A DNA stretch of 64,000 nucleotides from Candidatus Omnitrophota bacterium (GTDB lineage: Bacteria; Omnitrophota; Gorgyraeia; JAGLLT01). The position numbers and the translations under genes were made by a program. The notes beneath the pieces are model-generated. The model had not been told where the DNA came from. It did no database searches and saw only the letters and a program-made list of their open reading frames with translations. Position 1 is the stretch's first letter. Each line of letters begins with the position of its first letter. Shown here in pieces: positions 45,592 through 56,054 of this stretch. The stretch is taken from assembly GCA_030632085.1 (NCBI GenBank), contig DAOVJY010000001.1, positions 335,402 to 399,401 of the forward strand, in the 5' to 3' direction.

Positions 45592-47136
45592 TTATTGTAA
45601 AAATTTATCTCTAACCATTTGTATAAGTTCTTTGAATGTATCAACTTTACCGGCCTCTATCAAATATTCTCCATCTCGCCCTTCAAGAAACCTCTCATCA
45701 AGAAACTTCTCAAAATCTTCTCTGCCGAGTTCTATATAAATTAGCCCCATACCCAACAAAGGTCCGCCTAATTTGCTATAACGGCCTTTTTTCATTGAAT
45801 CTCTCTCAGCTTTTGCCAGTTGAGCCTTCTCTTTCATTTGGCTGGCCTTTTCAGTTTGATTAACCTTTTCATAGTAACGGGCTAAACCACTACAGCCATG
45901 TATTCGGCAGTTTGCGTTTAAGGACTTTGCCAATAAAGTATCTGCAGCTTCTGTGGCCTGTTCCGATAACCTGATAAGATAGTTATACATATCCCTTGCT
46001 TCTTTCCATCTTTTTTCTTTCTCTCTTTCAGAAGCTATGTCCTGCATTTTCTCAACTAGAGACCATAAGTCATAAGCTTTTATAGGACCTAACAGGTCCC
46101 CTATCAGAACCTTTGTCGTAATCGGCTCAATGTCAAACTCTTCTGCTACCTCAATAGCTGCTTTAAGGCCTTCTATTTGATAGAAGTTAAGGTATGGTTT
46201 TTTGCTTCCGGTTTCAATCTGAGTTAAGGCAAGTTTTTCTTTGTCAGTCGTGAAATAATAATAGGCTAAGAGGTAGTCATAAACCGCATTTTCACTATCT
46301 ATCTTCTCGGCCTCTTTTAGAGTTTTAGGTATTCTATCTTGGTAATCCTCAAACTTATAAAAATATACGCATAGTAGCCCTGAGTAGATAGAAGGGCTAT
46401 TGGTATCTAAGGCTAATGCCTTCTCGTAATAGTCAACAGCCCTCTTATACCAGTCATCTTCTGAGCCTTTTATTTTGCGAGTTAAGTATAATTCTGCAAT
46501 ACCCTGATAAGCTCTGGCGGTGGGCTTGACGCTGGTCAAATAATCTTCTATATCTTTATTGGTTATATTGGTCATCTTATCCCATCTTGCCACTTGCACG
46601 GCAAAGGTTAACATAGACAACCTATCATTAACGATATTGACTTTCAGAGAACTGTCTTCGTATATTCCAATTTCTAATAAATATTCTTCAATAGTCTTTC
46701 CTGATTCAATATACTTTATAAAGTCCTTTTTTTGTTCTTGAGAAAGTTTACTAGCCGCTTCCACTTTCTGCATAACTTCTTTACACACTCCAGGCTGCTT
46801 AAGATATTCTTGTGCTTGATTAAAGATAACTTTCAGATAATTCATGTAGTCTTTTGGCGGTAATTTAATAAGTAAATCATTGACGCGGTCAATCTCTTCT
46901 TGACTTATATTTTCCCTTTTATGTTTTGTTAATAAGGTAATTAATTCATCTTTTGTTTTAACTTCAATATCAGAAAGGTTCTCTATGTACTCTATCTGCT
47001 TATCTATGCTCAACCTTCTAAAGCTCTCCATGATTTTAGAAGTATCCAAGAGCATCTCGGCAGGTTGAGCCTGAATCGGCGCATTAGAGAACATAAAGAA
47101 TAAAAGTGTAATTAGAATGCTTGTTTTAGGCATCAT
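45592..47136 (-). CDS. Secreted alpha-helical/TPR-like hypothetical protein
   Basis: Signal peptide (..APIQA), TPR-like AVDYYEKALALD and DSENAVYDYLLAY. Confidence 0.75.
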   Translation of the reverse strand: MMPKTSILITLLFFMFSNAPIQAQPAEMLLDTSKIMESFRRLSIDKQIEYIENLSDIEVKTKDELITLLTKHKRENISQEEIDRVNDLLIKLPPKDYMNYLKVIFNQAQEYLKQPGVCKEVMQKVEAASKLSQEQKKDFIKYIESGKTIEEYLLEIGIYEDSSLKVNIVNDRLSMLTFAVQVARWDKMTNITNKDIEDYLTSVKPTARAYQGIAELYLTRKIKGSEDDWYKRAVDYYEKALALDTNSPSIYSGLLCVYFYKFEDYQDRIPKTLKEAEKIDSENAVYDYLLAYYYFTTDKEKLALTQIETGSKKPYLNFYQIEGLKAAIEVAEEFDIEPITTKVLIGDLLGPIKAYDLWSLVEKMQDIASEREKEKRWKEARDMYNYLIRLSEQATEAADTLLAKSLNANCRIHGCSGLARYYEKVNQTEKASQMKEKAQLAKAERDSMKKGRYSKLGGPLLGMGLIYIELGREDFEKFLDERFLEGRDGEYLIEAGKVDTFKELIQMVRDKFLQ

Positions 47137-47249
47137 TATATTTCCTTATTTATAGTTATCTTATGTATTTTTTCGCTTCCATTCATTTTGCCAGAACTTT
47201 TTTTATCTATAATATCGAGACGCCGCCTCGGATGTAAAACTAAACCTAT

Positions 47250-48026
47250 CTTTCAGTGTTCGATGTATTCTTTCGTGTCGGCCATTTTGTTGAGGGCAGC
47301 CTTTATCAATACGTTCCGGTGTAATGCCAAGTTGTATCCACCATACAGATAAACGGCTCAGCCGCCAACACTTTTGCCGGCAAAAGGCGTACCGTTATCG
47401 GTCCGAATGGCATCCGGAAGGCCGCATTCCTTAAATACTGCCTCGAATACAGCTTTGGGTTCATGATACCGCGGGCCCGGTAATCCGCTGCATTTTAGTA
47501 AGTACCAGCTATAATTATCACTGATTGTAAGAAGATAACATACATAGCCATCTTTTGTATAAAACTGTCCTTTATAATCAGTGCTCCAAACAGTATTTGA
47601 TGTTTGACATTCCTGAAATGGTTCAGTGTATGGCGGCACTCGTAAGCGTTTCTTGCGCTTTTTAACAAGGCCATACTTTTTGAGCCATGCGCTAATAGTT
47701 GTTATTGATGGTAATTCAAGATGCGGATATTGTTCTTTTAGCTGATAATAAATTTTTTTTGGTCCACGTTTATGATTTTTGAGTTTTTCTTTTACAATTA
47801 AATCTACAATATTGTTTTTGGTTTGATTTGGACTATATATTGGTGCTCTGCTTTGTTCTTTTAAAGCATCTATGCCCAGCTTTTCGTATCGATTGATCCA
47901 TTTGTAAATAGTCGGGCGGCTAACACCATACTTTTGAGAAAGATCGGTAATGTTTAATTGTTTTGTTTGCCAATCAGCAATTAATTGAAGTTTTTGATCC
48001 ATCGGACTCACTGTTTTCCATGGCAT
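47250..48026 (-). pseudogene. IS481-family transposase, frameshifted and truncated
   Basis: MPWK.., HTH, W.TDYKG, IRTDNGTPFA; a frameshift at about 47360 continues as LSRLSVWWIQLGI.PERI..G.PQQNGRHER. Confidence 0.85.
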
Positions 48027-48110
48027 AAGAAGTGCCTCCTTTACCATGTATTGTACAGTGTAAACGATGTATCTTGTTTGTTTTGTAAACTATGTTACCA
48101 GTTTATACCA
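47250..48110 (-). mobile_element. IS481-family insertion sequence remnant (one end intact, 3' part deleted)
   Basis: Left end with repeated ACAT(A/C)GTTTACA boxes (48059-48070, 48084-48095); similarity ends after HERIHRTLKD. Confidence 0.8.
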
Positions 48111-51100
48111 ACGTCAGGGCTACGAGGGCCCATCGGGTCGCCGTTTTCAACTTGATCCCCAATGCCTTCTAACATACCTACTGCATCCATAGCTGAACCA
48201 GTAGTTGCGCCGGACAGATCTGCTCCTCCAGCTAGAACATTGAGCCAGAAATCCTCCCACCACTCATCCCACCATCGCTTCTCCTGCTCCTTCTCAAGCT
48301 GCCTTTTCCTCTCTGCTTCTTCCGGAGTTAAGCCTTCCTCACTTTCTTCTTGCTCTTCAAGTTCCTCTAATTCCTTTTCTATCTCTTCTTCCGTCATCTC
48401 CCCGGGGTCTTCGGGTGCCGGCTCTTTATAATATCCCCAGGGGTCTGTGTAGTTTACAGGGTCATTTGAGCAGTAGGCGTAGAGGTTAATTCCTCCAAGA
48501 TAGCCTATGGGGTCGGTTGTCAAAAATCTCCCTAAATCCGGATCATAATACCTGGCTCTATAATAATATAAACCTGTCTCAGTATCAAGCCTTCTTCCTG
48601 TGAAGAAATATGGATTAGAAAGGCCGGATTCAGATAAAGGCTTACCTTGGCCATCAGTTATAGAGACTTCACCATAAGCATCATAGCTATACTTCTCAAC
48701 TAACTCACCGGATGAGTCTGTAATCTCAGTAACGCTTCCTAAAGCATTATAGTGGTAATAATGGGTGATGGCGGATGGCGTATAGCGGGTGGCGGATAGG
48801 ATTTCATCTATTCTGGCACCGTGGACATACTTAGCTATGGTGTTTCCATTGGCATCAATTTCTAAAATAACATCAGCGCCGTCATAGAGGTATCCGGTAA
48901 TTATGCCGGCTATGTTTTTCTCTATCCTTCTGCCATAAGCGTCATACTTATAATTTATAGTCCGCGCTGGAGTAATTACTTTAATTAATCTGTTCTCATA
49001 GTCATAGGAATAATAAATTATTCCTTCAGGAGTAACTTTTTGAGTCGTATTGCCATTGGCATCATAGCGATAAGTAACATCACCTACGGTCTCGTATTGA
49101 TTCATATTATTAGAAGTAGAGCCAATAGTAACACCATTTGCTACAGAAAGCCTATTGCCGGCGGGGTCTAATTCATAGATATTTTTGAATTCAAAAGGAG
49201 ATGATCCGGGGTTTAAAGACTCAGTAACCGGGTCTTCTACGTTGTATTTGACATTGGTTAATTGATAAGTCTTGTCATAGGTGTAGACATCACCTCTTCC
49301 TTGTTCGTGTTCTCTAATAACATATCCGCGATTACCTACTTCATCATAACCATATGTAAAACCAGAGATAAGTTGTGAAGAAGGAGAGCTATTAGATATA
49401 TTAGTCAGCTGATACAGCTCATTATAGGTATAAGTTGTAGAGGTATTATTTAAGAGGCCTTTTTCTTTTCGTAGGTTAACTTGCGGATCATAGGTATAGT
49501 CGACTATAATATGGCTTGCCTTGTCCTTTATCCGCTTTACCCGATTAAGCTTATCATAATTATAGGTGATAAAATCAGAGTCCGGATAGACTAGTTTAGT
49601 ACGTGAACCCAAACCGTTATATTTATAGCCTATGGTATTACCATCGGGATAAGTTACCTGAACCACTCTTCCTAATATATCATAAGTATAATGTATAGTT
49701 CCAGTTAAGTTTCTGATGTCAGTTAATCTGCCTCTACCATCATAAGTATAGCCTACTGTTGATGCATCCGGATAGGTCTTTTTAATAAGCCTTCTTAGAT
49801 AATCATACTCATAATTTATAGCTTGCTTCTTCTGGTCGGTTCTGCGTATACGAAATGCTTTATTAGAAATATCGTATTTATATTCATTGGCCTTTGTGGT
49901 TCCGTCTTCGTAGGTGGTAATTAAGAGTCTGTTTATTTCATCGTAGGTGTATTGGGTTTGATGGCTATTGGCATCAATAAGCTTTTTGAGGTTTGAGTTT
50001 TCATCGTATTGGTACTGAGTGGAGTTACCTAAGGCATCGGTTGTTTTCTTTAATCTATATAAAGCGTCGTATTCATAGGTAGTGGTATTATTATTAGCAT
50101 CGGTTTTACTTAAGGGGTTGTCAACTTTATCATAGGTGTAAGAAGTAGTGTTCCCCTGAGCATTGATTATCTTCCATAATCTGTCTAAGCTATCATATTT
50201 ATAGGTGGTGGTATTTCCCCGCCCGTCGATTATCTTGATCCTGTTTCCCGCCTTATCATATTTATAAGTAGTGATGTAGCAATCTTTCTTACTTAACCAC
50301 TGATAAATATTTATCAAACGGCCTAATTTATCGTATTTGTAAGTAGTAATATAAATAACCGGTTTTTTGGGCTTGGTCTTGTCAATAATAGTAGTAGTTA
50401 TAAGATTGCCGGATAAATCATACTTATATTCTGTAGTATTTCTTTTGGCATCGGTTATTTTTTTAAGTCTATCCACCTCATCATATTTATAGGCGGTTGT
50501 GGTGTTCTTGGAATGCAGAATGTTTAAATTATCGGTTATGGTCAAAGTAATGAGATTGTCCATTCCATCGTATTTATATTTAATGGTATTTCCTTGAAGG
50601 TCTCTTATTCGGGTTAGTCTATTTAGCGTATCATAGTTGAAGGTTGTAGCATTCCCCTCAGGGGTAGTCTTGTTTTTTAAATTACCGAGAGCATCATAGG
50701 TATTGATAGTCTTGTTACCCAGCGAATCTACCACCTTGGTTAAGTTACCATATAAGTCATATTCATAGGTAGCGGTGTAGTTACCATCTGGATTTTCAAC
50801 ATTCCCCTTGGGTTCGGTTTTTGTTTTCAATAAACCATTTGGGTAATAGGTATAACTGGTGATAATTTCCTCTTCGCCTAACATCTTTTTGGTCTTTAAG
50901 AGATTTCCATTAGAGTTGTATTTGTGGGTAGTGATATTTTCTTCGGGGTCGGTGAGAGTTTTTATTTTATTAAAATCAGAACAATAGGTATATGTCCAGG
51001 TGTGGCGGATATTGTCTTTGTCCGGCGGACTGGTCTTGGTATGCGTATTACCATCTTTATAGGAAGTATAGTTCCATGTATGGCCATTGACATCAGTAGC

Positions 51101-52432
51101 AGAAGTTAAATTTAGTTTATTGTCCCATGTTTTGTGAGAGGAATTGCCATAGGCGTCTATTGACTTAACGACTTTGTTATTCTTATAAAATTCTGTTGTA
51201 ATATAGCCACGCGGACTGGTTTTGATAATTTTGCCTTCGTCATCACAATATTCATAACTTACCTTATTATTGTTATTGTCATTGTATTTGGATTTAAGCC
51301 GCCCATCAGGATAATAGCTAAGGTAGGTATGATAACCCCTGGGGTTAGTGATAATAATGAGGTTATGCCTACTGCTATATTCAGCGGTATTATATTCATA
51401 AGTAGTCTCATGGCCGGCAGGATTGGTATATTTTATGAGATTGCCGATTGAGTCGTATTCGTAATTAAAAGTTCTTCCTGTAAAGTCAGTGATGGTTTTA
51501 ATCTTGCCATTAGAATAAGAAGTAAAGGTAATCACTCTGCCTGAGGTGTCAGTAATGGTAGTAAGAAATCTATTAGAATAACTTAGAATAAGCTGATTGC
51601 CGCTTAAATCCCGGATAGAGCTGAGGTTGCCGCTTTTGTTGAAATTATAACTGAGGTTATTGGGCCTCTTTAGAGTAAAGGTGCCATCCGGGTTTTTGAT
51701 TAACGTCATACGGCTGCCAAGAGGACTATTATATGATCCATCCGGGTTTTTGATAAAGAAGTTCCAGATATCTCTCTCATCCCATAACTGAACATTGCCG
51801 TCCTCCACCTCCGCGATGTGCATATTATAATTATGCGTCCAGTTGTATCCCATGGAGCCGTCGTGCTTCATATCGTTTAGATAATACCTTTCAAATTTCA
51901 AAGGTATGCCTATTGAGGGGATAGAGAAATCCGTCTCTAAGTGAGTGCCATAGTGAGCCGGAGGCGGCCCAAGGATTAAAGAGATGGTCAGGCGGGGGTC
52001 TTGTTTTGAACCATCCGCATTAGTCTGTCCTTTTGCGTCGGTTAAAGTAGCGGCGACTATATAATCATTGGCTACGCCTAAACCATGGGTGTCCCAGTGG
52101 CAGAAGTAATATGAGCCGCGCCCGATTTTAGTGATATTTATTAACCCTGAATCATAATTTTGAGATAAAGATGTGACCCTTATTACACCTGAGACTATAT
52201 CGCGGGCATTGTATTTTTCAGTAACGCTGAACTTGACATAAGAACCTATTGGGTATTCATTATCTTTATCAGCACCTACATAGGAACAGACATCCTTGAT
52301 TGCAGGCGGCTTATCTGTTGCGGCAGAAACGGCATTCACAAAAGAAAGCAGGGAAAATAAACAAAAAACCGCCAAGGTTAATATTAACTTAAACCCTAAC
52401 GGTCTATTATTCTTGTTCTTTACAGAAAGCAT
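48095..52432 (-). CDS. Rhs/YD-repeat protein with Sec signal peptide and DUF6531-like domain; C-terminus cut by IS481
   Basis: Signal peptide, F.RYY...G.MG.NWTHNY, many YD repeats, core ETGLYYYRARYYDP.LGRFL..DPIG..GG.NLYAY...DPVN..DPWG. Confidence 0.93.
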   Translation of the reverse strand: MLSVKNKNNRPLGFKLILTLAVFCLFSLLSFVNAVSAATDKPPAIKDVCSYVGADKDNEYPIGSYVKFSVTEKYNARDIVSGVIRVTSLSQNYDSGLINITKIGRGSYYFCHWDTHGLGVANDYIVAATLTDAKGQTNADGSKQDPRLTISLILGPPPAHYGTHLETDFSIPSIGIPLKFERYYLNDMKHDGSMGYNWTHNYNMHIAEVEDGNVQLWDERDIWNFFIKNPDGSYNSPLGSRMTLIKNPDGTFTLKRPNNLSYNFNKSGNLSSIRDLSGNQLILSYSNRFLTTITDTSGRVITFTSYSNGKIKTITDFTGRTFNYEYDSIGNLIKYTNPAGHETTYEYNTAEYSSRHNLIIITNPRGYHTYLSYYPDGRLKSKYNDNNNNKVSYEYCDDEGKIIKTSPRGYITTEFYKNNKVVKSIDAYGNSSHKTWDNKLNLTSATDVNGHTWNYTSYKDGNTHTKTSPPDKDNIRHTWTYTYCSDFNKIKTLTDPEENITTHKYNSNGNLLKTKKMLGEEEIITSYTYYPNGLLKTKTEPKGNVENPDGNYTATYEYDLYGNLTKVVDSLGNKTINTYDALGNLKNKTTPEGNATTFNYDTLNRLTRIRDLQGNTIKYKYDGMDNLITLTITDNLNILHSKNTTTAYKYDEVDRLKKITDAKRNTTEYKYDLSGNLITTTIIDKTKPKKPVIYITTYKYDKLGRLINIYQWLSKKDCYITTYKYDKAGNRIKIIDGRGNTTTYKYDSLDRLWKIINAQGNTTSYTYDKVDNPLSKTDANNNTTTYEYDALYRLKKTTDALGNSTQYQYDENSNLKKLIDANSHQTQYTYDEINRLLITTYEDGTTKANEYKYDISNKAFRIRRTDQKKQAINYEYDYLRRLIKKTYPDASTVGYTYDGRGRLTDIRNLTGTIHYTYDILGRVVQVTYPDGNTIGYKYNGLGSRTKLVYPDSDFITYNYDKLNRVKRIKDKASHIIVDYTYDPQVNLRKEKGLLNNTSTTYTYNELYQLTNISNSSPSSQLISGFTYGYDEVGNRGYVIREHEQGRGDVYTYDKTYQLTNVKYNVEDPVTESLNPGSSPFEFKNIYELDPAGNRLSVANGVTIGSTSNNMNQYETVGDVTYRYDANGNTTQKVTPEGIIYYSYDYENRLIKVITPARTINYKYDAYGRRIEKNIAGIITGYLYDGADVILEIDANGNTIAKYVHGARIDEILSATRYTPSAITHYYHYNALGSVTEITDSSGELVEKYSYDAYGEVSITDGQGKPLSESGLSNPYFFTGRRLDTETGLYYYRARYYDPDLGRFLTTDPIGYLGGINLYAYCSNDPVNYTDPWGYYKEPAPEDPGEMTEEEIEKELEELEEQEESEEGLTPEEAERKRQLEKEQEKRWWDEWWEDFWLNVLAGGADLSGATTGSAMDAVGMLEGIGDQVENGDPMGPRSPDVGINW
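48765..48799. repeat. Five GC-rich heptamer units inside the Rhs coding sequence
   Basis: GTGATGG CGGATGG CGTATAG CGGGTGG CGGATAG, encoding LSATRYTPSAIT. Confidence 0.55.
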
Positions 52433-52806
52433 GATGTTTGCGCTCCCAACTTAACTCTTTTCTTATAACTCCATAATGCTGTTTTTGCCTCTCACTTGCT
52501 TTTTTTAGAGCTATCTGAGAAAATCTGCAATAAGACAGGAATCTCCTATTAATAGCTGAACTTTGCAAGATACTTTTATCATATAATAAAAACAGCAGCC
52601 TGTCAAAGGAAAAAGCCTTCTTATGCAACTAACATATCAAGATGTCCGCTTTTGGTTAAATGTAGTAATCTCTAAACGGTGCAGATGTACTAGCACAATA
52701 ATTCGGTAACCTTTTGTTTAATATTTGGTCCACCTCAATAACTGTACATTTTAAAACATCACAAGCAAGATAAACAACAATATTCAACCGCAATATGCTT
52801 TTAAGG

Positions 52807-53949
52807 TTAAATATTTTTATTTCTTTTTTCTGTATATATCCTTTTTACCCTGTCACCTATCCAACAGAGGAGTTCATAGGGTATTATCCCTGCCATCTGA
52901 GCCAATTGTTCGACAGTTATCTTTTTACCCTTATCTTCACCGATAAGAATAACCTCATCTCCAATAGCTAAATCAGCTATGGAGCTTACATCAACCATTA
53001 TCTGATCCATGCATATCTTGCCTAAAACGGGAACTTCCTCGCCTTTAATAAGCACCTTTACCTTATGAGTTAATAATTGCGTATAGCCATCAGCATAACC
53101 TACAGGCAGGGTAGCTACTTTCATATCCCTTTCGGCAATATAAGTCCTTCCATAACTTATTGACCTGCCGGCTTCGACATTTTTTATATAAACCACCTTT
53201 GTTTTTAAAGAGAGTATGGGCTTAACGTCAATATTCCTTTTAGATAATATATCAGGATATACGCCATAAAGAATAATCCCCGGCCTAACTAAATTAAAAT
53301 GGGCTTGTTTATAATGAAGTGTCGCTAAGCTGTTGGCCGCGTGATAAATATCTATTTTAATCTTGGTAGTTTCCACATCTTTAATAATTTGATTAAACCT
53401 ATCCAGCTGCTTCAAAGTAAAATCATGGTCTTTATCCACGCTGGAAAGATGAGTATATAGCCCTTTTATTTTAATATGCTCTAAATTATTTATCTTCTTA
53501 ACGGCCTCAAGGGCATCCTTATGCCAAAACCCGAGGCGCCCCATACCGGTATCAATTTTAACCTGAATAGCCGCTTTTTTCTTCATCGAACTGGCAATTT
53601 CATTTATTTTAAAAGCTGTTCTCTCATCAGTAACTGTTACTTCCAGTTCATATTCCAACGCTTTGGTAAGTCCTTCATCGAGGGTGTTACCCAGTATTAA
53701 AATAGGTGTTTTTATATTATTTTTTCTAATTCGTACGCCTTCTTCAACATAAGCCACACCTAAATAATCAACCTTACCTTCTAAAAAGTTGGATATCTCC
53801 ACAATTCCGTGGCCGTAGGCATTAGCCTTAACAGTGGCCAGGACTTTTACCTTAGGGCCGACAACCTGCCTGATCTGCCGGAGATTATGCTCCAGGGCAT
53901 TTAAATTTATATCCGCGTATGTATGGTAATAATTATCTTCTGTTTTCAT
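52807..53949 (-). CDS. alr: Alanine racemase
   Basis: VKANAYGHG, KIDTGMGRLG, VRPGI.LYG, SYG, GYADG, CMDQ. Confidence 0.97.
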   Translation of the reverse strand: MKTEDNYYHTYADINLNALEHNLRQIRQVVGPKVKVLATVKANAYGHGIVEISNFLEGKVDYLGVAYVEEGVRIRKNNIKTPILILGNTLDEGLTKALEYELEVTVTDERTAFKINEIASSMKKKAAIQVKIDTGMGRLGFWHKDALEAVKKINNLEHIKIKGLYTHLSSVDKDHDFTLKQLDRFNQIIKDVETTKIKIDIYHAANSLATLHYKQAHFNLVRPGIILYGVYPDILSKRNIDVKPILSLKTKVVYIKNVEAGRSISYGRTYIAERDMKVATLPVGYADGYTQLLTHKVKVLIKGEEVPVLGKICMDQIMVDVSSIADLAIGDEVILIGEDKGKKITVEQLAQMAGIIPYELLCWIGDRVKRIYTEKRNKNI

Positions 53950-54665
53950 ATTTTTTTAGGCTTGGTGATATTCGCGTATTGAGAGTGCAAATACAAAGGT
54001 TCAATTTCAGAATTTTTAACTTTCATTTTCTTATTCAATTTGCAGTTTTCAAAAGTCAGGCGGGCTATATTTGCCGCTTTAGGCAACCACTTTTTTTCAT
54101 CGGCAAAAACAGCCGTCTTAAACGCTTTTTTTAATTCTTCTTTATAAGAATTTATCCCGTCCTTTGTAAAAATAACATCTTTCTTATATTTTTTTGAAAG
54201 CTTAAGGATATATTTACAAAAATCTTCTAAGGGAAGTAATTGATAGTCGCTTATGCGCTCTAACTTACCTATATCATTATTTAGATAAACACAACCATAA
54301 ACCATCTGTTTACGAGCATCCTCAATGACAACTATTAACCTTTCCGGATCTTTAATGTTTAAAGCCACCGCGTCAAATGAGCAAATGCCCATGAGCCTTC
54401 TTCCGCTTTTAAACACCAAACCTTTAGCTGCCGCCAAACCTATTCTTAAACCCGTAAAAGAACCTGGCCCCCTGCCGACAGAAATGATATCAATATCATT
54501 AATTGTCAAATTACATTTTTCCAGCAAACTCTTAATTTCCCTTAAAAGCAAGCGGTTATGCTCAAACTTTTTAAGTTGCCTGTTTTTTTCTTTAAGTATC
54601 TTATCGTTCTCACTAAGAGCCAGACTAAGAAACTTACTTGAGGTATCAATAGCTAATATTTTCAT
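53946..54665 (-). CDS. tsaB: tRNA t6A biosynthesis protein TsaB
   Basis: LAIDTS, GPGSFTGLRIG, DARK. Confidence 0.95.
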   Translation of the reverse strand: MKILAIDTSSKFLSLALSENDKILKEKNRQLKKFEHNRLLLREIKSLLEKCNLTINDIDIISVGRGPGSFTGLRIGLAAAKGLVFKSGRRLMGICSFDAVALNIKDPERLIVVIEDARKQMVYGCVYLNNDIGKLERISDYQLLPLEDFCKYILKLSKKYKKDVIFTKDGINSYKEELKKAFKTAVFADEKKWLPKAANIARLTFENCKLNKKMKVKNSEIEPLYLHSQYANITKPKKI

Positions 54666-55120
54666 TCTTTAAGTTTCCTGATAATATTATTATACCTGTC
54701 TGATTTACTTTTAAAAATTATTTTTCTTTTATGCTCTGATAAAAAGTTAATATCTATTTCCAGATATTCCGGAGGCAAAAGTTCCTTTATCTTATCTGCC
54801 CACTCTATACAACAAACCCCGTCGCCATAAAAATATTCTTCATAACCCAAAAGCTCCACTTGTTCTAAATAATCCAGGCGGTAAAGATCAAGGTGATATA
54901 AAGGCAGCTTACCTTTATATTGCCTGATAAGCATAAACGAAGGGCTAATCACCCGCTTTTCTTTAATATTCAGTCCCCTGGCTAAACCCTTTACAAAAGT
55001 GGTCTTGCCCGAACCTAAATCCCCACAAAGAGCCAAAACATCCCGGGCATTTAAATACTTGGCCAATTTAGCGGCAATGTTTTTTGTTTGATTTTCATCT
55101 TTGGAATTTATAGTTATCAT
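54662..55120 (-). CDS. tsaE: tRNA t6A biosynthesis ATPase TsaE
   Basis: GDLGSGKTTF, SPSF, HLDLYRL, IEWA. Confidence 0.95.
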   Translation of the reverse strand: MITINSKDENQTKNIAAKLAKYLNARDVLALCGDLGSGKTTFVKGLARGLNIKEKRVISPSFMLIRQYKGKLPLYHLDLYRLDYLEQVELLGYEEYFYGDGVCCIEWADKIKELLPPEYLEIDINFLSEHKRKIIFKSKSDRYNNIIRKLKE

Positions 55121-56034
55121 TTAAAATGCCTGTATTTACTTTTAGGTTTAATTTTATTTTTTTTACCACACCTATCTTGATAATAAAAACCTTCTTTTTT
55201 ATCAACTATAACCCCTATTTCACTTACTTTTAATTTGAAAGATTTCGGCCAACTTTTTATTAGCTTATCAGCTTTTTTCTTTTCAATGGTAAATAAGAGT
55301 TCGAAGTCTTCTCCATCATACAAAGCATTCTTAATAGAAGAGCTTTCTTTAGCTATAGGAATATTTTCTTTATAAAGCCGCGCGCCGACGTTACTTTGGC
55401 CAATTATATGCCCCAAATCCCGCGCGAGTCCATCTGACAAATCAATCATAGAAGTAGGCTTAAATTTTTCAACTAAGTATCTGGCCTCTTTCAGGCGGGG
55501 CGTGAAGCTAAGGTGTTTTCCTTTTATGGAACCGCCAAGTTTTCCGGTTACAAATATCAATTCACCCTTTTTAGCCGTATCACGATAAGTAATTTCCGCT
55601 TTTTTAGCCAAACCTATTAAGGCAATATTAATAATCAGTTTTTTTGAGCTTGAAACATCACCCCCGGCAATTAAAACTCTGAATTTCCGCGCGGTTTTTT
55701 TTATTCCACTATAAAGTGTTTTAATATTTTTTAAGTTGTAATTCTTAGGTAAACCCAAAGAAACTGTCGCGTATTTTGGTACTCCTCCCATGGCGGCGAT
55801 GTCGCTTACATTACGAGCCAGGGCCTTATGCCCGACCGCTCCCCAGGAAGCCGTCTTTAAATCAAAATGAACCCCCTCAATAAGCATATCCGAAGTAAAC
55901 AACAGCAAATGTTTCTCAGGAAATTTAATTACAGCCGCGTCGTCTCCTATATGCTTAAGAAAACTCTCATCTGTCTCTAAGTTAAAAGTAAGCTGTTTAA
56001 TTAACTCAATTTCGTCTATATTTTTTAAGCGCAT
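55117..56034 (-). CDS. thiL: Thiamine-monophosphate kinase
   Basis: IGDDAA, EGVHF, NVSDIAAMGG, GGD, DLSDGL, GEDFEL. Confidence 0.95.
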   Translation of the reverse strand: MRLKNIDEIELIKQLTFNLETDESFLKHIGDDAAVIKFPEKHLLLFTSDMLIEGVHFDLKTASWGAVGHKALARNVSDIAAMGGVPKYATVSLGLPKNYNLKNIKTLYSGIKKTARKFRVLIAGGDVSSSKKLIINIALIGLAKKAEITYRDTAKKGELIFVTGKLGGSIKGKHLSFTPRLKEARYLVEKFKPTSMIDLSDGLARDLGHIIGQSNVGARLYKENIPIAKESSSIKNALYDGEDFELLFTIEKKKADKLIKSWPKSFKLKVSEIGVIVDKKEGFYYQDRCGKKNKIKPKSKYRHFK

Positions 56035-56054
56035 AATTTTATTAAACCGGGGAT

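Noticed and set aside
51683-51755. Exact short duplication (CCATCCGGGTTTTTGAT, IKNPDG twice) in Rhs as a DGR template/variable repeat
   Set aside because: Too short, no adenine-specific mismatches and no reverse transcriptase; an ordinary internal repeat.
52407-52628. 73-aa ORF upstream of Rhs
   Set aside because: No recognisable motif or RBS; it overlaps the probable Rhs promoter and RBS region.
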